A stretch of 59,767 nt of DNA, the filler included, from Sphacelaria rigidula (Eukaryota): NCBI GenBank assembly GCA_964200075.2. It is 5 parts of 5 records of this genome, joined end to end, with 100 filler letters (N's around TTAATTAATTAA, not from the genome) between each part and the next. Parts side by side here need not be neighbours in the genome. Positions count along the whole stretch, not along the records: positions 35,923 to 47,795 come from CAXNAA020004393.1; positions 47,896 to 59,767 come from CAXNAA020004394.1; 3 more parts are not named here. The stretch is one strand, 5' to 3'. Position 1 is the first letter of the stretch; each line of letters opens with the position of its first letter. The notes beneath the pieces are model-generated. The model made no database searches, was not told the origin of the DNA, and saw only the letters and a program-made list of their open reading frames with translations. Made by a program: the position numbers and the translations under genes. Below are positions 38,861-51,400 of this stretch, one piece after another.

Positions 38861-41519
38861 AAGTGACGATATGATGTGTCAAAAGGTAGGCCGATGAGGA
38901 GATCCCAATGTATTGGCGACACAATGACAATGCAGTGGCGACATGTTGTGGCGTGGAACGGGGGCGAATTCATACGACTTGACCTGCGCAATGACTTTCA
39001 CAATACCGCACATCAATCAATCACACTATTATAGGGGCCATTTGTCATTTACGGGCATTGAACATGTTTCGCCGCCAGGATGACTCCAGCATAGAAGCCC
39101 CGTATGCTGGTCAGAAATTCATTCGGACTCACATAGAATGATCCAAACAACTGCTCGAGCAGTCCCGTTTGGTACAAAGTTGCACAGTATAAACACGCTG
39201 CCACAGCACAGAGTACAGTACAAACACCATGCGATCACGTACCTGGCGAGTATGGTGCAAACACCGTGCGATCACGTACTTGGCTAGCATGGTAGGTACC
39301 ACCGCACCATTTATAATGGGAGCGTGACATGAAAGACACATCTGAACCGCGCACATTTCACGCGAAGTGCGGTCTCCCAATATCTGACTGTTCGCAAGCA
39401 ATCAACAGTCTGTGTATATACCCATCTCCAGATGGATTTCACCCCAACTGCTGGCCATGTGCACTCTTCGCACGCATGTTCGCCGGTTACCGTCTCGGGG
39501 CACTTCACTTCACTCTGTGGTAGTGGGACAATGTCACTCACCTCCAGCCTACGAAGCACTTGAGAGCACAATGCACACGTTGTACTGTACAGTAACATCC
39601 AGACTTCCTATAAATAATGTGTACTGCCCTGAGATGCGTGAACAGAATTTTCAAAATTCGCCCGTGTTCCAGCGCAAGCTCGTGCACAGGCGAACGCATG
39701 CTGTCTTCAGCATTCTGTCGTAGCGATGGAGTGCGTGGGTTACCACGCCGTGGACACGCAGGACCGTATATGAGGGTGCACGACAGGATGTACTTACAGT
39801 GCTACTTTGGCGTGGGAAATATCAAAGTACAAGACAGCTGCGATCTAGCCGGCTCGATGGTTGCTTCTAGAAACGAAACGACATGACAATTATTTTGCCC
39901 GAAAGACACTGGCCTGTGCTTGGCCGACTCCAAGCTTGAACAGAAAGCCTGACTCTACACTGTATGCAAACACAACGTGAAACAGGACAGCTCTACAGTG
40001 ATGTGACTAAGCAATACTGTTTATCTTTTCGATTGGTCACCATGTCGTGGTCTGATCACGAGGTGATACTGGTTTCACTCTCGAAGAACATGCTAGGCCA
40101 GGGGTGACACGGGGTCAGCGGCTGGCTATGGTAGACAATTGCAGTCGAGAGGAAAGACGCTTGAACTCGTGAGTAACAGACCCTCGAGTCCGGCCAGTAC
40201 TGCACCATAAAGCCAAGCACTCACTTTCACGTGCAGAAGAGATGCTCTTGACTTGCTTGCAAGCGAGATGTCTCCAAGTGGTGGCCGATAGCTCTGTTAT
40301 TAATTAGTCTTAGCTAGGTATCTAAACGAGTGACCAGGTTGGGACAATACTGCAAAACCCGACTGGGATATGACCACACCAACGTACAGCTGGAATACGA
40401 CCTATCGCCAATATCACGCACATCGAGAACGCCTTCTATATAGGCGATTGATATCCGCCGTCACAGAATTATGGGGGAGCACTGCGCTCGTGTAACACCA
40501 CCGGTAGAGACAGAGAGGGTGGTTTGCGCATTTGCACGCATCAGCAGTTCCATTGCAAAAGGATTTACTGAAATCCATCGATGTCGCAGATGAAATGAGT
40601 TAATCAAAAATCGAAGAGTTTGAATTTTGCTCCGCAACAGCACATAGGGGATGCAAAGAGCCCCCTCTCCGTTGTACAAGCCGTTCATCCCAGTACAGTA
40701 CAGCCCCGCGCAGTTCGATACCATGCACCCCAGCGCAGCACAGAACAGCACAACTGCATGCAGCGAAGTGCAGAGCAGCACAGAGTATCGTACAGTCTGT
40801 GTAGTGCTATGCTCGGGTATGAACTGCGCCGGCTGCAAGAAGAAATACTGGGAACGGTACTATTGTAGTACGTAGATGGTGGTCTTGACTATGTCATCAA
40901 GGTTGAAGACGTGCGACTTGCGGTCGTGGGTAATGTGTAATTCGGGGGGTTGTGTGCTCGATGGAAAAAGGTACCGCACGCACCTGGTGCCCTTTGAGGC
41001 GCAACGGTCGCATGTTGGGAACGTGCACCCGGGTTTCAACGACCACCAACGCGGAGCGAGATCAATGACGTGTACAGAGCGCGACAGGGCTCCTCGGCGT
41101 CTTGTTTTCTGTCCGAATCCAGCAGATGCTGAAATCCAAATTCGTCTTGTTCGAATAGGTGCAAAACGCCGAATACTTCATTTTTAAGTTCTTATTTTGC
41201 ACAGGCATAGGAGTAGGGGGCATCCAAGGTACCCCCCTAGTCTAATCCTCTGCCAGGAGAAAGGGACTGCAGGTGGAGTAGTACTGCATCGTGCGCTAGC
41301 AGTAAGCAGCACGTAAACCAGTCTTGTTCCGAAAGATAGAATCGGAACGAAATACAGTACAGTAAAATAGCAGGTGGGTAGAGAATGTCATTATCCATGG
41401 GGTTTCTCAGTAGAGTTCAATGTTGTTTGTCAGTTTCAGAGAGGAGGCAGCTTCGTTGGGGGCTTGATGTAGCCATGTTGGTTGTTGAGACAGGTTTTCA
41501 ATACTCTGAGGTAGCTGCT

Positions 41520-41758
41520 GCCGAGATAGCCACCCCCCGAACCACCCAAAAACGTGCATGGAGGCGATGATCATAGACGCCGTTAGAGCTGGTTTCGCGT
41601 TCCACGACGCGACGCATTTGGGCGTTATAGCTGATTTCGGACTGCTACACGCTTTTCATGTGAGCGAAATTGCTGCAAACGAGCCCAATAGTAGGATCAA
41701 AGCTGGTTTGTTGGACGGCTCTATTGCACTTTTTGTGGGGGGGCTATCTCGGCAGTAG
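41520..41758 (+). mobile_element. Possible tyrosine-recombinase fragment (DIRS/Ngaro/Crypton-type relic)
   Basis: MIIDAVRAGFAFHDATHLGVIADFGLLHAFHVSEIAA...LLDGSIALFVGG resembles the YR box I context (FxxLLRxSE), but the catalytic Arg is absent and no box II is seen. Confidence 0.25.
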
Positions 41759-42999
41759 TCAGGTGCAGACCATTGTTGCAGATTGTAACCTGTCGATCGC
41801 CTTGCACTTTCCAATGTCTAATATATTTTGTCTTCGAGTTCACCACGTACGCTTACCCGTAAATTCCTCATTTTGCAAAAAGCACGACCCTGAGATTATG
41901 AACTACGAAATTTGTAACATCTGTCGCGCTCTGCAATTGTACATAAATGTCAAGTTGTGAAGTTGGACGTTACATCATGACGATACGATGATCGGATGCC
42001 GCGACCATGACATAGAATGGTGAAGCAAGGGAAAATCCGTTGTTGTCGGACCTCGCAGCACGAGAACTAAAAAATGGGAGGCACCTGCGATCAAAAGCGT
42101 TGACGTGCAATCCTACCCCACCGGCCCCCGGTTCATTCGCTGACCGTAGATGCAGAAGATCCTCAAGACTCACGGTTGGGATGCTACGTCTAGAAGAGCA
42201 TTTCTCAGACGCCGGCCGACGCAGTCCGAACGTGAGATACGGCATCGCAATCGATCCCGAGGCAAGAGGACCACAACGCCCTTGATGCAGTAATACCGCG
42301 GGAAGAGTAGCTGCTGAAGATCACGGGCACCTGACCATATTCCCCTCGCTCCCGCTGATGATTGTGGGTTTCGAACGGTATTGAGTATGCATCCATTTTG
42401 AAGTGACATCCTGTCCCATGAACCCGCGACTCCTACTGTACGCTCGCAAAATTATAAAAAAGACCACACGGCTAACACGCTGTCCCCATCAATCGTTATT
42501 CCGTATCCTCCGGACAGGTTGTGAAGTACCTGCACTATTCCCAGCTCCGTCCCGTCCGACACGTGCCACATCCAACAACGTTTTCGTGAGATTGAGAGTC
42601 GAGCGCTGATTGAGAGTGGCTTTGACCATTCGCTTCAACTCAGCCAATTTTTCATTCCGTGTGTGCTTTTCTTTGCCGCCACCACTGGAGGGTGCTTACA
42701 GCTGCACGTCGATATCCTACTCAAGGATATCAAGGGCCTCAGCGGCGAGCTACTACAGAAAACATATCGGGCCTCGTGAAGGGTCATTTCGGAACTGAAA
42801 TTATTCATTCTCTAGTTGACTGTCTTTCACTCTCAATCGCATAATCTACTCTCAATCTCACGAAAACATTGTTATCCGCGTTTGACAGCAGATCTTGACC
42901 AACACACTCCGAACGTACAGCGCCGGTGGGAAATCTGAGGAAGATCGCCGGGGGTCACGCCGGCGAAGTAGGCGCAGTGCGAGAGTGGCTAAGCCCCCT

Positions 43000-44920
43000 A
43001 TCACATGGAAAAGAGACGGCGACTAAAATGTTCTCTCCCGGTGGCGGTAGCTGTGGTGGGTGGAGGTGTGGATGGCAATGATATGTCAGAGGCACCCCCG
43101 TGGGCACATATTGAGGTGATGAACGGCGGGGGGCGAGGTGGGACGGCGCCGGCGTTGAGTATGGCGCCACACGTGGATGTCGGCGCCAACGTGGGGATTC
43201 GGACGACTCCACCTTCGTATCTTGCGGCCTTATCAGGCAGCGAGGAGGGGGGGGGGGTACAGAGGCGGGAACGCATCTGGAAGAAGCGGGGGTCTCCCAA
43301 CGTTCTACTCATGAGTCGAAGCCCGATCTCATGTGGCGGCGGGATGACAGTGGGACTGACCGGCGTATGCATAGCGCAGTTGGGCCCGGTGTAGCTGAGG
43401 GGTAGATGTCCACAGTACACTTTATCATCCACTCCGGGACCTTTTTCAAGAAGCACTTGAAGAAAGGGCTAGTCATTTCCATCGATACTGATCAGTGTAT
43501 GCTTGTACTGTTGGCCATGTCGTGCGGGCATATCGAGGCACAAGGCCCCAACACGGTCCAAGTAAATGACAAACGCATCATTAGCGGGGGGGGGCGATAC
43601 ATCCTGGTGAATAGGGTGTACAGCGCGATCGTGACTCTGAGGGACGGGAGTGAAAGTGCTTGTCCTCCCGACGGACAGTATGACTGGCTGACACATCCTG
43701 TCAAAGTGGCGCTGTTCGTTTTTACCTACCTATTGGCTGGCTATGACTTATTGCCGCATGTATCTGGGATTCCTTTCCTTAAGATGTGGGAATTCGTGCT
43801 GAAGGCCTCGAGAACGCCAAATCTGTTTATTGAATCGATAGTGGTGATCGGAGGAGGTAGGACGAGGGTGACTGTCAACGAGGGAGTGAAGCTGCTTGCC
43901 ACGGTCTTTTCTTCGGATACGAAGACGCTTTTGCGTAAATCGCCGCGGATCCTGCAATTATGTTTACGTCGTGTGGGCAGAACTTGGCGTCATTCGTGAA
44001 CAACATCCGACTGTGTATCTCCACAGCACATAGACACATGCCTTCTCGCTGCTGCCCAGATTTGGACGCATGTAGGATGCGCGTGGCTAAGTCCGGTGCA
44101 GTATTAGAGTATTGGGGGGAGGGAGTTTTGGGAAGAGGGGGCCCACAGTGACCTTCAATGGGCGTGGATGGGGCGTTGAACCGAAAAAGACTCACCATAA
44201 AGGTGGGGTGAGGGCGGCAAGCAGAGGGACGGTGGAGCTTACACAGGACAAAATGGTGGTGTACTTGTCAAGCCACGCGTACGTGGATACATCCGGGGCC
44301 GTGCGAACCCCCTGATGTGCTTGCAAACCAGAAAGGGCAACGTCAAGACGCCAGGGCTGCCGGGGATGCAGGTGTTTGGGGAACTGCACACTGAGCTGCG
44401 GCCGCCAAGGCCGATGCTTGTTGCCCCCTTCCACTTCCCCGGCGACAGACGCGGCTTCCACGGATAATACCGCCACAGGAAACGTCGGTGCACGCCGCCG
44501 AAGTCAAAACGTGACGGGCGGATCGACGGTGAACCGTGGGAGGGACGAGTCAGCGCGGAAGCATGGAAGGGTCGGGTCAGTGGCGAGGCATGGAAGGGAC
44601 AGGTCAGCGGCGTTGCGTCCTTGGGGCGAGGCGAATGGAGCAAAACAAGCGCCAGGAGAAGATGTACGCAATAGTCATGGTTGGGCGTTGTTCTGGCGCG
44701 ACGGCGGGAGGGTGATGGGAGAGGGATCGGATCCGGGAACAGATCCTACCTGTCGAAGTTGTAGCGACGGCGAAGAAGATGGACCCACACAGGGCGGGTC
44801 GAAATATTCAGCGGAGATCTGAATTGGAGATTCAAATTCTGCGTGCAGCGGGTCGGAGGGAGAGAATTCGGCATCGGAAGCGGGCAAAGACCATGACGAT
44901 GAATTTGCGCTTTGATCTAA
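43000..44920 (+). mobile_element. AcademX-like DNA transposon remnant: XPG/FEN1-type nuclease domain + Cys-rich zinc finger + acidic tail
   Basis: AEG*MSTVHF (EGE/EAD motif, TAG at 43403), GLVISIDTDQCMLVLL, FTYLLAGYDLLPHVSGIPFLKMW (GCD helix-turn motif), PDLDACRMRVAKSGAVLEYW...GRGWG, then CACK..CRGCRCLGNCTLSCGRQGRC (44316-44417). Intronless, with stops and frameshifts. Confidence 0.65.
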
Positions 44921-46297
44921 TCTGTAGAGAAGGTCGAAGACGTGTATCGTGTAGATAGATTGCGCAGGTATCTATGTAACCGTGGCGGTTGTTGTCTCCT
45001 CCTCTAGGTATTCGTAACCCGTTCCTTACGTTGATATGGAAGGCGGGTTGTGGTTTGTGTGACGTGCCCTTGGGTGCACATGAATACGGCGAGTACTGTA
45101 GTCCGGCGATGCCCTTGAGCGAATCGCCGGTTGAACGTTAAGACAACCATTTTTACTAATCAAACGATTCGCAAAACACAAATCAGGTGGAAGACATGGT
45201 CTTGCACTTAGCGTCTTGGAGTACTGTGCGACCCGACCACCACACGCGCATCGACTCCAGGAGTTAAGCTGTGTACAATTTTGCTCTGCACAGCGAGTGA
45301 ACCGCCAGGCATCGTTGATAACACCGATCGCAGCTGATCCTCATAATTGGGGATGGATATTTTCAACGAGGATGACCACTCGGAAAGTAAAAATGTTGTC
45401 ATTCACATCAACTCTTCGACACTTTGTTGCATTCGTTCGCGTACTGGCAGCCATTGGCGACAACTGCATGCCAAACGAATCTGGATGCGGAAAACCGAAA
45501 CTTTGGGGTCCGATGTGAGAAGGCGATGTTGAGAAATGTAGGAGATCCTCGCGGATCACGTACGTTACTCGTTTTTTATCAAGGGTCCCGAAATTTCGGT
45601 GATTGGAACCTAGAATTGCACGGCGTGCAGTGCTCACCAATAGCTACCAGTGGGTGACGGGATGCAACAATATGTCGAAGAATTCGCGTGAATACGATAA
45701 TTCGAGCTTTCTTGTTATCATCCCCCAAAAAAGCGCTAAAGAGACGACGTTGGAGGGTGTTTCCCCTCCCCCTCTACTTGCTAGCTTCTCATCGACATTC
45801 TGCCTGCACCACACCAGATACTTGATGTCACCACCTATTCTTCAGAGCTAACATCGGCACCATTCCAGCGGTATTACTCTTTCGATCCCTAAAGCTTCCG
45901 GTATCGTGGACGACACAGCGAGTCGGCGGAATATGTCCGTGCGTTACACGTTGCATGGCCATTCCGCAAGCACGCTTCACGCGCCATCCCAGAGACAACG
46001 ACATGCACATGTGTGTAACGTAGTTTCGACTGACGGGCAATATTGGTTGTTGTATGTATGATTGCGGAAGAAAATAATCCCAAGATATGTAAAGTGGTGC
46101 TACGGTATAGGGGCGCACAAACATATTCCGAGCGTCGAACTGTTACGTGCCCATTCTATCTTATCCAAACCACGGCTAATGATGAGGTTTTAGCGAGTTT
46201 GAGCATCTAGCGTTAGTTGGGATTAGATATTTCATGTTTCACTCCAAGTTGTCCATTTTTTTCCATTTTGTGTGTGCATGTGTGCGCGTGTGATTCT

Positions 46298-47392
46298 CAC
46301 ACTCTGGACAATAGACACAACAATAGTCCCTTGCTTCAGTAATGGACGAGGGGGGGAAACTATCGATATATGTTGCCGAACACGATGGGTGGTGAAACAC
46401 ATCTACTGATATAGATTGCAAGGGACAATAGATATTGCAATAGTCAATGAATAGCCTATGGCAACTACAATAGATAAAGATCACTCGCCACCGATGGAAA
46501 TCGTTTACCGCAATAGATTCTGGGATGTATGTATCGATAGTCATTGCCGTGATCAATAGGTTTGGTGAGCCATCCATCGATAGCCATTGCCGTTATCAAT
46601 AGATTTGGTGAGCCATCTATCAATACCTAATACCGTTATCAATACGTTTGGTGAGCCGTCCATCAATAAATAGCCTCTGCAGCCAACGACGGATTTTGGG
46701 GTATCTCCCAATAATCATTTCCGTCGATAATTGATGTTCTCGGAAGCATCTATCGATAGCCCGTGATGTCGACGATACATTGTGATAAATTTATGGCTCA
46801 CTGCAGTGGTCTTGTGGCATTAGCTATAGTATCCCCCACACATGAACGCGCAACTTCCTGAGGCGGTAGGTGGCCATAGCTTCTGTGGATTAAGGTAGAA
46901 ACATCAACCGATAATGTGCATACGAAGTACATAGCTAGCGATCGACGCCATTCAGCTCCCGTTTTGGCCAGCAAGAGATATTGATGGCCGCGGTTCAGAT
47001 CGCATTGTGACCAGCGATAGACATCGGTGACCGCGATTCAGATTATACTGTCACCAGCAATAGACATTGGTGGGCACCATTTTGATCCTATTGTGACCAG
47101 CAATATGTATCGGTGGCCCCGTTGCAGATTCTACTGCGGTTAGCAACAGACATTAGTGGCCGCAATCCAGAGCCTATTGCACAAATTAGCATTTATTGAT
47201 GAAAAACGTGGCCACTCCATTGTCACGGCAATGATACATTATGGCCCTTGTCCCGTGTCAATTGTCGCCCACAATAGTTATCGACAGACAGTGATGCCAG
47301 GCGATTATGAATGACAATAAACATTGGCAGTCAAGTTTTCGAGGCTATTGCACCCGCAACGTTCTATTGCATGGTCTATTGTCCAGGGTATG
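46298..47392. mobile_element. Non-autonomous TIR transposon with CAC ends and two internal 43-bp tandem arrays in opposite orientation
   Basis: TIRs cacactctggacaatagacacaacaatag / ctattgcatggtctattgtccagggtatg; array 1 at ~46533-46670 (3 units), array 2 at ~46968-47180 (~5 units). Confidence 0.75.
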
Positions 47393-47795
47393 AGTGCACT
47401 TCACCCACGCAAAAAGTTCTACAAGCGCCCATGTCCATCAGAGGGAAAAACCCCGAGGACCAACATCACGTCAACAACAAAACCCGTAACCTTTTGCCCA
47501 TAGATCTTGCGGATTCCTACATCATACAACCGTTCCAAATTTGCAGAATCGTGAAGTAACAGCCGATTTTAAATTTTGGGGTTCAAAGCTAAAATGGGGC
47601 TGAAGTCGCATCTCTCTATTGCAGGGGAGATACGAAAGAGTAACACAGAGCGAAAGTATCTTCCTCCCCACAACCCCGCAGGAGGACTTGGCCGTTAGAC
47701 CGCGAGAGTAGGTCACCTGCTGAATCGGCATCAATATTCACTTGGAAAAAGTACACGTGGTCCAGATGGACTACCAACACCGCGGTCCAAGGGTT

Positions 47796-47895
47796 NNNNN
47801 NNNNNNNNNNNNNNNNNNNNNNNNNNNNNNNNNNNNNNNTTAATTAATTAANNNNNNNNNNNNNNNNNNNNNNNNNNNNNNNNNNNNNNNNNNNN
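47796..47895. other. Artificial contig linker
   Basis: N44-TTAATTAATTAA-N44. Confidence 0.97.
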
Positions 47896-48442
47896 CTTTT
47901 GGGCAATCAGGCCGAAGAAATCGTGGATTTGGTAATTCGCAGTCGTAATTATTAGTCCTAACCGTGCAACATTCCCCTCGCACCGCCGATTACTAGGTAG
48001 TAGCATGTTGAAGAAAAAAGTGTTTTTGTGTGATGAGGTTGAACGGCACGACCAGTTCGTTGATTTTTCCGGTCATGTTTCCTAAGCCCTCCCCTTCCTC
48101 GAGACGTGCCCGTGATCATGATGGATCAACTCATCTCTGCCTCGGCATCTGTGTGGCATTCTGGTGGCGAGTGTTGGACCAGCACTACTGCATCCTTCGG
48201 CTCGTCCCGTCTCTTTGCGACTCGCGTCCTCAGTATCAAATATATAAATGTACGTCAAGACTTCTGGCGTTGAGTTACGGGAACTGTCCCGAGTGACGAG
48301 TTCAACAGCAAGATAAAACGCGACGGACAAGAACCGAAGATCGAAATGCAAACCCGAATCGAACCAAAAACGGAACCAAAACCAAAACCAAGAATGAAAT
48401 AGAAACGAAAAGGGTGAAGTATGGCCACCCATTTGTCATCAC

Positions 48443-51400
48443 CTCGCATCCGAAGCGCTGCATGGCTTGCGACATCTCCAATCCAATCGGACCAGCCCCG
48501 ATCACGCCCATCTTCTTCGGCAACTCCTCCAAGTTCCAGAAGTTGGAGTTGGTCATGTGAGGCGTTTCTTTCAGCCCCGGTACGGGGATGATAGCTGCCG
48601 ACGCTCCCGTCGCCACCATAGCCTAGATAAGTTGTACATGGGATGAATTTCACAACAGCGCCGCCTCTCAAAAATCAGCAGTTTACATGTGCGACAGATC
48701 CGACAATTCATATGATACAGTTGGGGGGTCGCCGCATAGTGCAGTGATTCGCCAGTGCGGCATGACCGCACCATATCGGGACCCCGAAGTGCATTATACT
48801 GGCATTTTGCAACATGACTCTTGTATGGAGTATGAACTTGTGACGAGTGATTTTGACCGCACTGTATTGCGACCCCAACCTGCTGAACTTTAGGTCATGT
48901 GCACGCGTCACACAGAAAACACGATAAACCTCATCATCGCTGTGGAAGTCTGTTGACCAACGCGTTTAGCATTCGTGGGAGAACCGAACGAAAAGAGCAG
49001 CGAGAAGGCTAAGCTCGTCCTGCTGAGCAGATCGGTGCAATAGTACGTACAGCCTAGGGACAACACATGGGCGTCTTCATGCTTGATATCGTACTTCTAG
49101 TATTTGTTATTTTCTTCTGCTCGGGAAATCACGTTCTGTATGCAAGAAAAAAAAGGGGGGGGCAGACGAGATTCCCCCAGTACTTCATCCACCGTTCCCG
49201 CCCGAGAGCCACACTTGAGTCCATAGCTGCAGCTTTGCCTCACTCGTATTCACCACCGTGCTACTTGCCATCCAATATACAGGGGTTGCACCCGGGCTCG
49301 GTTTGCTACTCTACTTACTCTACAGGAGAGTTGGGGGGGGGGGTGAGCAGCAAGTGGCTTTCCACTTCATGAAGCCTTAGTTTCGTAATCAAACATCCAC
49401 ATCACTCCAACGGCCGTACTCTCTGGCTACTTACATGTATCCAATTTTCAGGACAAAACAGCATCTAGAAGTTGCACCCGAACCCCCGTTGTCCAAGTGC
49501 TGCATAATATGAAGGTGGTACCCCGGTGATGTTCAATGAGCCAGGCAAAAAAAACAACTACCGTGGATCATTTGGAAACCAGGGTAAATTGCTTGTCTCC
49601 ACAAATCCGAAGAGTTTGCAGGTTATCCGCTGGACTCGGAATCGTTGGACTGTGATCGGAGGACAGTTTCCGAGTTACTTGTATGACACTCCATTCAGAC
49701 ACACTGTCATATCCCCCGAACTACGCGTGATGACTTCGGTCAAGGTCGGCGTAGTTTTCGCCGAGTGACTCGGGCAAATACGTCTAGCAATCATCTCTTT
49801 AGAGGGGTAAAGGTGTGTCCCGCGTGAAAACATATCCACTGGGTGCACCCGTGGAAAATCTTGGCCAACCTCCGCACGGCGTCAAGCTAGCTTGTAGTGG
49901 ACATGAGGCTTCTTTCTACCCGCTTCGGGCTGTAGTGTAACCTACTTCACGTCTTCACAACTCGTTAATCTTGAGCAGAGGGGTGCAATGCAAGCAAAAA
50001 ATTGACCACCTTAATTCGAAGGGGACCCAGACCTGAAGTAGATTGAGCTTCACCTACCGGAGTAACGGTTCAAGCCGGTCCACACCGCCTTAGAGCAAGG
50101 CCACGCCGTCAAAAACAACGACGAAGCGTGGGGACTCCTGTGTATCTTTATTGTGACAATGAACCGATGTACGCACCTTGTCAAACTTGAGGGTCTTCCC
50201 GGCCACTTCGACGGTGTCCTTTGAGGTGAACACTCCGTGCCCCAGGAATATATGCTTGACGAAGTCGCGCGAGTAGCGGGCCACAGAGTCGTGCTGCATT
50301 CACGTGAGCGCGCACATACAAAATGATCCGCCGTGTACAAGCGTTAACCGCGAAGTCATGCGGCATTGGCACTTACGGCGTACACACACCAGGAAAACGG
50401 TCGTAACACTGATAACAGGCTATAGGATACGGTCGTGCGGTCCTGACGTAAACACGTACACGGGCGATGGTCATGTTCCAAGTGTTGGGCGCGTGTGTAA
50501 GGCTACCGCGACTGATTCCGCAGCGCTCGGCGACGGCGATCCCAGTCGGGGCGATAACTGATTCATGAGTGAAACAGCACTCAGACGCCAACTACAGTAA
50601 ATGGACATGAGCGGTCATTGATTGCGTGTTGTGCTGCTTATTTCGCGCGTCCCTACGAAAGCATTACAACAGGACTTGCAGAGGAACGAAAACTTGCATT
50701 AAGTCCCGATACATTGAAACATGATTTTTTCGCACGGACGGTTTGACCCGGAGCACTTGCGCGGTCATCGAGGCCAAAGCCTTACCGGTTAACTCTGACT
50801 TAGATCCAGAAAAAAGAACAAGGCGCCTGAAGCTCTCGCCGTAGCGCTTATCAAGAACGATCTCAGCAAAAGCAGGTAATTCATCAGTGATCATTTTAGT
50901 CATCATCGGCTGTAGTGAAGAGTGTTGGGTACTTGTCTGGGACAGCAAAGATTGGAACAAGGATTGAACACATATATACTCGGCATTTAAACACATTTAT
51001 GAGTCCTGCGATTAGTGCAAAATGGATTGGTGGATTGCTACTATAGGCCACCCACGTACGTCATACATTCGGTCAAGGTCCACGCCGTTCGTGACCAACA
51101 TGTGACGACAAGATGACAGTCGGAACAACCACATCCAGTGCTTGGGTGTCATACTTCAGTGTCCTTTACATCATACTCTCATGCATTCTTGTACCTGTGC
51201 TGCGTTACGTTTATGTGCGTGTGTATGCATATTTTTTAACGTGTTATCCTCCGCCCCCTTCGCCCCTCCGCCCTCAATAGAACGTGGAGAAATGGAGACG
51301 GGAATTACGAGTCTAGAATTCCATGCCGTTGTCACTCGTAGAAATTCATCCCTTTCCCAGAAACCAGAAAGTAAAGATTCTTCGGGACAATAGATTCTGG

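Noticed and set aside
46533..47180. 43-bp periodic arrays as a CRISPR array
   Set aside because: Units are contiguous diverged tandem copies with no unique spacers, there are no cas genes, and the context is eukaryotic and inside a TIR element.
49400..50030. LINE RT relic on the minus strand (YADL, YK*LG)
   Set aside because: The motifs are too short and too closely spaced to support a call without a search.
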